This document shows positions 25,227 through 30,971 of a stretch of DNA of 64,000 nt, piece after piece. Each line of letters begins with the position of its first letter. Positions within the stretch are counted from its first letter, which is position 1. The position numbers and the translations under genes were made by a program. This DNA comes from Thiothrix sp. GTDB lineage: Bacteria > Pseudomonadota > Gammaproteobacteria > Thiotrichales > Thiotrichaceae. The notes beneath the pieces are model-generated. The model was given only the letters and a program-made list of their open reading frames with translations. It made no database searches and had not been told where the DNA came from. The stretch covers positions 5,149-69,148 of the forward strand of contig NZ_JAQTLS010000016.1 in NCBI RefSeq assembly GCF_028714775.1, given 5' to 3'.

Positions 25227-27695
25227 TCAAATCCCCGGAATAATAGGGATAAGATCCACAGCGCAAGCATCTGCTGCACAAGCATCCGCTGGACATAAAT
25301 TGATGGCACAAACATTGGCGGCACAAGCATCTGCACCACACGCATTAATCGGTGACACTTTGGCAGCACATGCCGTTGCACCTGCCACTGCCGCGCCACA
25401 AACATCCCCACCACACGCATCCCCGCCACAGGCTGCTGCACCACATGCAGCAGCGCCACAGGCTGCTGCGCCGCAAGCTGCCGCGCCACAGGCATCCGCA
25501 CCACATGCTGCAATCCCCGCCAGCGCAGCACCACACGCAGCCGCACCGCACGCACCGGCACCTGCAACATCTGCGCCACAAAGTGCAATGACCGAAACCG
25601 CAGCACCACAAGCCCCTATCAATGTCGCAGCGGCACCACAAGCAGCGGCGGCACACGCATCTGCCCCACAAGCATCCGCACCGCAGGCATCCGCGCCACA
25701 AAGGTCAGCACCACAGGCTTCTGCCCCACAGACTGCTGCACCACAAACAGCTGCTCCACCTGATGATGTGCTGGTTGCCCCACTGCCCGCTGGTGCAATA
25801 GAAATACTCCCCTCGACAGGAGACAATGCCCACAACTGGTTTAGCCCACCATTCCATGGGTAAGTGCTAACCTCACCACCATCTCCTGTCGTACTTAAAT
25901 CCAGTGCCAAACCACTGTGCAGTGCTTCAATCCGGAACTTTCCACCCTGGACTTCCGTGATTTTCCAACGCTGATTATTGGCATCATTTGAAGCCCACGA
26001 ATAAACCTTTGCGCCTACATTACCAAAAGCATAGACATCCATTGACTGGTTGTTAGCCGCATTCAGGATTCGGTACGTCCCATCAGGGTGAGCAACAAAT
26101 TTCCATTGCTGATTTGCAGCCCCACTCAACTTGCGTTGCCTGACTTGGGCATCGTTAGCCTCAGCAGTCAGAACCAGTCCTGAGCTAAGCGGTGAAATGG
26201 TATACGTTTGAGCTGGCCCGCCTTCCGCCGTGCTATTGTCAAACATACGGATAATCTCAAATGTCTCCCATGCTCCACACGCGGCACGGTTAGCATTGGC
26301 ATCCCCACCAGCTTCAGCCACCAAATACTTTTGCTGAGGAACAGACTTGAATGCAATTTTATCCCCCACACTCATGAAACTATTGGAAGCAGTAGCCCCT
26401 GCACGAATAACCTGCCACTGCTCAGACGTACCCGCCGCCGAGCTAACGGTGGTCACATCTCCCCCCGCAGTGGCAGACAAAAACGTATTGTGCTGCGTTT
26501 TTAGCGATACGATGTCACCGAAACTGGCAAGTGGCATGGTCGTGGTTGGACCAGAACGGACCAGCGTGAAGGTTTCCCCAATCGCATTTGATGCAGCATC
26601 CGCCCGGACATTACCATTTGTTTCTGTCATCCACTTGCCATGAGCAGTTTTTAGCTGAATCTTGTCACCAAAACGCAAAGCCCCCTTGGGTACAACAACC
26701 CCCATTTGTTTAACAATAATGGATGATGCTTTATCATTAAAATTTGCGACAATGGTTTCAGCACAATCAGAGTAATAAGTGCGGAAATCGCCTTGAAAAT
26801 CAGGGTACTCATATAAAGTTACCAACATACCATAGGGAACACGCAGGGAACTGATAGTATTATCAGGCAACCCCATAGCCGTTGCATCTTTGTATACCCC
26901 AACTCCTAGCGTAGCTGAACTGCCTCTATAATACGTATGTTCATAAAAGGTAATAACTTTCTGGACAACAGCCGACGACGCTTGATTATCTACATTACTT
27001 TCCAAGCGGGGCGTGTCTGCCGTATATTTGCGGACTTCACCCCTAAAATTGGGATGCTGATAAAGGGAAATTTCCAAACCTTGCGGCACTCTAACAGAGG
27101 AAATATCATCGTTATACATACTTAAGTCATTTATATCATAACTCCCGATCCCCAATATATAATTAGCCCCCGTATAATTATCCCCCTGATAAATGGTCAC
27201 TGCGAGTTCCTGGGCAACATCTTTGGAGCGGACAGCCGACAATATCCATAACTGATTCAAATTACCATGCCAAGGGTAAGTGATAATTTCACCCCCATCA
27301 CCAAGGGTACCCAAATCCAGAGCCAAACCACTATGCACAGCTTCGATACGAAAATGCCCGGCCTGAACTTCAGTTATTCGCCAACGCTGGTTATTGGCAT
27401 CGTTTGAGTCCCACGAATAAACTTTTGCACCCTGCCCGCCAAACGCATACACATCCATCGACTGATTAGTAGCGATATTCTGGATTCGGTATGTGCCGTC
27501 AGAATTTGCCACAATTTTCCATTGCTGGTTGGTAGCTTCATTCCATTTATATTGCTTAATCTGCGCGCTTCTCGCATCAGCCGTAAGTGCAAAACCCGAA
27601 TAGGCAGATGAAATTGCGTATACCTGATCCTGATTGCCGCCCACTAGCGGGCTATTTACAGAATGGGGGGCTAAAGGTTGGACAAGGTATTTCAT
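25227..27695 (-). CDS. 822-aa multidomain protein: ricin-B lectin / two beta-gamma-crystallin domains / fascin-like beta-trefoil / ricin-B lectin / C-terminal 27-Cys pentapeptide-repeat tail. Putative substrate of the downstream radical-SAM enzymes
   Basis: Domain motifs are listed in the sub-features below. No signal peptide is recognisable (MKYLVQPLAPHSVNSPLVGGNQDQ). The tail runs ...VCGAAVCGAEACGADLCGADACGADACGADAC...CGAAACGAAACGAAACGAAACGGDAC...CPADACAADACAVDLIPIIPGI. Confidence 0.85.
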   Translation of the reverse strand: MKYLVQPLAPHSVNSPLVGGNQDQVYAISSAYSGFALTADARSAQIKQYKWNEATNQQWKIVANSDGTYRIQNIATNQSMDVYAFGGQGAKVYSWDSNDANNQRWRITEVQAGHFRIEAVHSGLALDLGTLGDGGEIITYPWHGNLNQLWILSAVRSKDVAQELAVTIYQGDNYTGANYILGIGSYDINDLSMYNDDISSVRVPQGLEISLYQHPNFRGEVRKYTADTPRLESNVDNQASSAVVQKVITFYEHTYYRGSSATLGVGVYKDATAMGLPDNTISSLRVPYGMLVTLYEYPDFQGDFRTYYSDCAETIVANFNDKASSIIVKQMGVVVPKGALRFGDKIQLKTAHGKWMTETNGNVRADAASNAIGETFTLVRSGPTTTMPLASFGDIVSLKTQHNTFLSATAGGDVTTVSSAAGTSEQWQVIRAGATASNSFMSVGDKIAFKSVPQQKYLVAEAGGDANANRAACGAWETFEIIRMFDNSTAEGGPAQTYTISPLSSGLVLTAEANDAQVRQRKLSGAANQQWKFVAHPDGTYRILNAANNQSMDVYAFGNVGAKVYSWASNDANNQRWKITEVQGGKFRIEALHSGLALDLSTTGDGGEVSTYPWNGGLNQLWALSPVEGSISIAPAGSGATSTSSGGAAVCGAAVCGAEACGADLCGADACGADACGADACAAAACGAAATLIGACGAAVSVIALCGADVAGAGACGAAACGAALAGIAACGADACGAAACGAAACGAAACGAAACGGDACGGDVCGAAVAGATACAAKVSPINACGADACAANVCAINLCPADACAADACAVDLIPIIPGI
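25230..25745 (-). repeat. Coding 15-bp-periodic repeat: 27 Cys at exact 5- or 10-residue spacing (aa 651-811) plus an 11-aa hydrophobic C-terminus
   Basis: Counted unit by unit. Every inter-Cys distance is 5 (20 times) or 10 (6 times). Units are GADAC x5, GAAAC x5, then GAEAC, GADLC, GGDAC, GGDVC, PADAC, AADAC, AANVC, AINLC and others. Identical peptide units use different synonymous codons. Confidence 0.9.
25818..26210 (-). other. Ricin-B-type lectin domain 2 (aa ~496-626), a close paralog of domain 1
   Basis: QQW / QRW / QLW motifs again. Long identical stretches with domain 1 (NQSMDVYAFG, GAKVYSW, SNDANNQRW, ITEVQ, FRIEA, HSGLALDL, GDGGE, TYPW, LNQLW). Confidence 0.75.
26244..26684 (-). 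other. Fascin-like beta-trefoil domain (aa ~338-484)
   Basis: Three internal repeats FGDKIQLKT..GKWM / FGDIVSLKT..NTFL / VGDKIAFKS..QKYL, each ending in a W/F-x-[LVI] segment (ETFTLVR, EQWQVIR, ETFEIIR). Confidence 0.55.
26706..27203 (-). other. Two beta/gamma-crystallin-type domains (four Greek-key motifs, aa ~165-330)
   Basis: The pattern [IV]T[IF]Y[QE]..[NY][YF].G......G.Y.....L..NDxISS[VL]RVP.G..[IV][ST]LY[QE][HY]P[ND]F[RQ]G recurs twice. Confidence 0.7.
27231..27626 (-). other. Ricin-B-type lectin (beta-trefoil) domain 1 (aa ~24-155)
   Basis: Three QxW motifs (QQW, QRW, QLW) spaced about 45 aa apart, with GTYRIQN...SMDVY...FRIEAVHSGLALDL. Confidence 0.75.
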
Positions 27696-27756
27696 AAGTA
27701 AGCTCTCTCTTAAATTCGTTAACAGCTCTAATTCATGTAAGCATCAGGATAGTGAA

Positions 27757-27776
27757 AAGCCCCAGCTAAGTGGGGC
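27757..27776 (-). terminator. Intrinsic terminator after the beta-propeller-like gene, separating it from the Cys-repeat protein gene
   Basis: 7-bp stem AGCCCCA / TGGGGCT with a 6-nt loop, followed on the minus strand by TTTTC. Confidence 0.6.
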
Positions 27777-27784
27777 TTGATAAT

Positions 27785-28573
27785 TCACTGGTCATCAAAC
27801 GTCACTCCCGTATAGGTAATACGCGGGAAGTTCATTTTTTTCAACTGTTGCCCATCGACACTGTAGCGGTACAAATTATCTTTCGTGGAAAGGTAAACAT
27901 CATTGCTGTCACCTGCCGCAATGCCGGTTGGGCTAAAACCTGTTTCCACGAAATTTTCTTGCTCCAACCGGGCATCACGGACAGTGAAACCGCGCTGCGA
28001 ACCGTTGTAAGCGGCATAAACCTTGCCACCCTTAACGGCGATACCGGAATAGTTGATACCTGGCTCAGGGAATGTCATATCAACCAATAACTGCCCATCG
28101 TTACTGTACTTATACAAATGGTTACGTGCCGCCAAATAAATGAGGCCATTATCATCAAGCGCAATCGCACTCGGCGCAAACGGTGTGGGGAACACATCGG
28201 ATTGCTCCAGGGTTTCCGCATTGCGCACGCTAATACCCGTCTGCGAACCCGTATAGGTCACATAAATATTCACGCCATGCAAAGCTACCCCGGTGTATTT
28301 GATGGTGGAATCACCCCACGCAAAATGAGCCAACTCCTGACCATCCTTGTCGTAGTGGTAGATATTGTTTTTCGACAAGGTATAAAACGTATCGCCTTCA
28401 CCATCGCCAATCGCACCCGGTGCAAAAGTCATCGGTAAAAATGCCGACTGCGTTAAGTTCTCATCCCGCACCGTCACCCCGCGTTGTGAGTCGGTGTAGG
28501 AAGCATAAATTGTCCCTGCTTGGGCATGACCAAACATCCCCAATACCAAACCTGACAATAACCATTTTTTCAT
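27785..28573 (-). CDS. Secreted repeat protein, beta-propeller-like (three ~80-aa repeats)
   Basis: The start is trimmed to MKKWLLSGLVLGMFGHAQA. The repeated block is [IV]Y[AV][ST]Y[TN]GSQ.G[VIF][ST]VR[DN]..L.Q......F.P..IA.....[VI]YL....[NH]LY[KR]YS.DGQ.L...... Confidence 0.65.
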   Translation of the reverse strand: MKKWLLSGLVLGMFGHAQAGTIYASYTDSQRGVTVRDENLTQSAFLPMTFAPGAIGDGEGDTFYTLSKNNIYHYDKDGQELAHFAWGDSTIKYTGVALHGVNIYVTYTGSQTGISVRNAETLEQSDVFPTPFAPSAIALDDNGLIYLAARNHLYKYSNDGQLLVDMTFPEPGINYSGIAVKGGKVYAAYNGSQRGFTVRDARLEQENFVETGFSPTGIAAGDSNDVYLSTKDNLYRYSVDGQQLKKMNFPRITYTGVTFDDQ

Positions 28574-28654
28574 AAACCCCTCGCTCTCAAATGACCAAAA
28601 ACCGCTTACTTGGCAGTAACTTTCCAGCCACACCAGTTGCCACTGATAAACTTG

Positions 28655-29383
28655 TCACTTCACCGTGATCTTAAACGCGAATTTGCCTTTCCACGGATCA
28701 GCCTTCTTACACTCGACCACCTGAATTTTGTAGTCGCCTGCAATTGTGGGCTTGACCTTTGCATTGCTGTGGCAGGAAAGATCCATGTCATTGGCGTTTT
28801 CACCCTTGGGGTCAGTGATATAGATGGAAACGGAACCATCACTTTTCTTGTCCAGCTGTTCCACCGTCATGGTCTGGCCTTTACCTACGCCGATGAGATA
28901 GTTCTGCTCACCGTCGAAATCGGCAAGCTTGCCCGTAACTACCGCGCTGGATGCGCCCTTGGCAAACTTGATCCGGGTTGGAGCAGCACTGGCTTTACCC
29001 TTGGGCTTTGCTTCCTTTTTGTCCCATGCGCAAATCTCAGCATTTTTGCCAACCCAGCAACCACCCTTGAGTTTGAAATCTTCACCCAGCAACTCCTGTG
29101 CGTGGGATGCCTGCTCTGTGCCATTCCAGGAAGCCCCCGCCACGCCTTTTTCCAGCATATTCAGGTAAACAAAATACTTGTCCCCAAACAGGCGGAAAGA
29201 ACCATCCTTGTCGGCATCGTATATGCACGTACCCTTGAGGTAGGTTTTGCCCTTGACCTTCAGTGAGCAATCCACTTCGCGGCCTTCCGCTTCCTTGCGC
29301 CAATCTTCAGCATGGGCGACTGTTGCTTGCCCGAATAAGCTTGCGGCTAATAATGCAGCCACAGACAGTAATTTCATTTCCAT
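28655..29383 (-). CDS. Secreted hypothetical protein
   Basis: Signal peptide MKLLSVAALLAASLFGQATVAHA. Two Cys-containing halves joined by a Lys-rich linker. The start is placed at 29383 by GAGG spacing; 29389 and 29377 are also possible. Confidence 0.6.
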   Translation of the reverse strand: MEMKLLSVAALLAASLFGQATVAHAEDWRKEAEGREVDCSLKVKGKTYLKGTCIYDADKDGSFRLFGDKYFVYLNMLEKGVAGASWNGTEQASHAQELLGEDFKLKGGCWVGKNAEICAWDKKEAKPKGKASAAPTRIKFAKGASSAVVTGKLADFDGEQNYLIGVGKGQTMTVEQLDKKSDGSVSIYITDPKGENANDMDLSCHSNAKVKPTIAGDYKIQVVECKKADPWKGKFAFKITVK

Positions 29384-29429
29384 AACCATTCCTCACTAAA
29401 CTGGTTTGTAACAACTCAACTCGATTCGC

Positions 29430-30080
29430 CTAATCCCCAGCCACCAGCGATGTCATCTGCCAACGCCCGTTAACTTTCTCAAACGATGCACGGTAATCCA
29501 CTGGACTACGCGCAAAACTACGGGAAACATAACCTTTTTTACCATCAGGTAGCTTGATAGCGACCCACGCATCATTGCCATGATCGGTTGTATCCACTGG
29601 TACAACCTCATAGCTAAGCGTTTGTAGAACTTCACTATCCGTTTTAGGTGCTTTGCGCACATTGACCTTGTTACCGACAATCGCGGTATTTTCAAACCCA
29701 TCCCCAGCCGCATCGGGCCAACTCGAAGCCACATAGGGCGCGGCGAAACTGCCATCACTTTGGAAACTGCCACCCAATGCCAACACCGTGCCGAGCGTTT
29801 CCCACAACTCGCTATTCGACTTGTCGATGGCCCAATTTTTCTTGAAATGGTCGATGCCGTTATCGTCGCCATAGCCATTTTGGACAGTCTTGCTGACGAC
29901 TGCCAACACTGCCGCCTTGTCGCGTTTCGCCACTGCAATCTGCAATTGCGCACGAAAAGTAAAAAAGTCGGGCTGTTTTGCCGCTTCATCCACTGGTAAC
30001 AGTGGCGCTGCTTGCAACATGACAGGAAGAGCTAACATTACCCCAACAAAACTGGCTGCTAACCATGAACGCTTTAACAT
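29430..30080 (-). CDS. Secreted protein with C-terminal SH3b-like domain (hypothetical)
   Basis: Signal peptide (FVGVMLALPVMLQA) and an SH3b-like segment GNKVNVRKAPKTDSEVLQTLSYEVVPV...WVAIKLPDGKKGYV. Confidence 0.6.
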   Translation of the reverse strand: MLKRSWLAASFVGVMLALPVMLQAAPLLPVDEAAKQPDFFTFRAQLQIAVAKRDKAAVLAVVSKTVQNGYGDDNGIDHFKKNWAIDKSNSELWETLGTVLALGGSFQSDGSFAAPYVASSWPDAAGDGFENTAIVGNKVNVRKAPKTDSEVLQTLSYEVVPVDTTDHGNDAWVAIKLPDGKKGYVSRSFARSPVDYRASFEKVNGRWQMTSLVAGD

Positions 30081-30271
30081 ACATACCCTCGTTATCGTAT
30101 TGATGAAGAAATACCCTGTTAAGCAACGGGGCGTCTAAATGCTGCGATTGATCCTCGGTCGGAATGGTTGCGGTTGATTCAAGCCCGTTATAAATGAGCC
30201 AAACACGCTTTCAACCCATAAGCTCACTTATATATAACGATAATAATAAAACATTCCAATCAGGATAGAAC

Positions 30272-30287
30272 TGTACAGTTGTACAGT
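30272..30287. promoter_or_regulatory. CTGT-N8-ACAG palindrome (LuxR/lux-box-like or LexA-box-like operator)
   Basis: aACTGTACAGTTGTACAGTat. It lies 25 nt downstream of the response-regulator stop and just upstream of a TTGGAA-N17/18-TATATA promoter-like element (30231-30260, minus strand) facing the 29430-30080 gene. Confidence 0.4.
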
Positions 30288-30311
30288 ATTTTGAGAATAC
30301 TCAATGACAAA

Positions 30312-30971
30312 TCAGCAGAAATCGTTATTCAGCAACTGCTGTTTAATGGCTTGGGCGGCAGCTTCCACGCGGGTGGCAACGCCCAGTTTGAGCAAAATCG
30401 CGCTGACGTGATAACGCGCGGTGGGTTGGGATATGTTTAATTTACCTGCAATTTCAGTGTTATTGAAACCTTGCACCAGCAAGCCAAGCACTTTGCGCTG
30501 CTGCGCACTCAACTTGGCATCGGTATTACTGGAAGCCGATTTTTCCACTGCCAGTGCCTTGGCAATGACAGGGGAAAGTACCGTTTCACCAGCATGAACC
30601 GAGTGGATAGCCTGTTCCATGTCTTCGGCGGAGATATTTTTCAGGAGATAACCGTTGGCTTTTGCTTGCAGCATCTGCGTGACCAGTGCCATATCCTGAA
30701 ACATGCTGAGTGCAATCACCCTGATCTGCGGGCAACATTGGCGGATGGCTTGGGTCGCGGCAATACCGCCCATGCCTTCCATTTTCACATCCATTAACAC
30801 CACGTCAGGCTGAAGTTGTTGGCACAAGCACAAAGCTTCTTCGCCACTGTCGGCTTCTGCAACCACCACGATACCCGGAAAGAACGCAATAACATGCCGC
30901 AGTCCTTTACGCACGACCATGTGGTCATCCACCACAAGTACCCTAATCGCTTTATTCACTTTATTCGGCAT
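30312..30971 (-). CDS. NarL/FixJ (LuxR-type HTH) family response regulator
   Basis: Receiver domain (VLVVDDH...DVVLMDVKM) plus a C-terminal LuxR HTH (LSAQQRKVLGLLVQGFNNTEIAGKLNISQPTARYHVSAILLKLG). Confidence 0.9.
   Translation of the reverse strand: MPNKVNKAIRVLVVDDHMVVRKGLRHVIAFFPGIVVVAEADSGEEALCLCQQLQPDVVLMDVKMEGMGGIAATQAIRQCCPQIRVIALSMFQDMALVTQMLQAKANGYLLKNISAEDMEQAIHSVHAGETVLSPVIAKALAVEKSASSNTDAKLSAQQRKVLGLLVQGFNNTEIAGKLNISQPTARYHVSAILLKLGVATRVEAAAQAIKQQLLNNDFC

Noticed and set aside
25230-25745. 15-bp periodic DNA that could look like a CRISPR or a satellite array.
   Set aside because: The period is far too short, there are no spacers, and the array is in frame and continuous with an 822-aa ORF. 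Synonymous variation shows it is a coding repeat.
25300-25863. 187-aa plus-strand ORF made of AAPQ/ASAPQ repeats.
   Set aside because: It is the antisense shadow of the Cys-repeat tail, because GCx/TGY codons read backwards give GCN/CAR. It has no ribosome-binding site and lies wholly inside the better-supported minus-strand gene.
21211-30311. Whether the lower-GC stretch is a bona fide genomic island or prophage.
   Set aside because: I found no integrase, transposase, phage genes, tRNA target or flanking direct repeats. It is kept only as a compositional observation.
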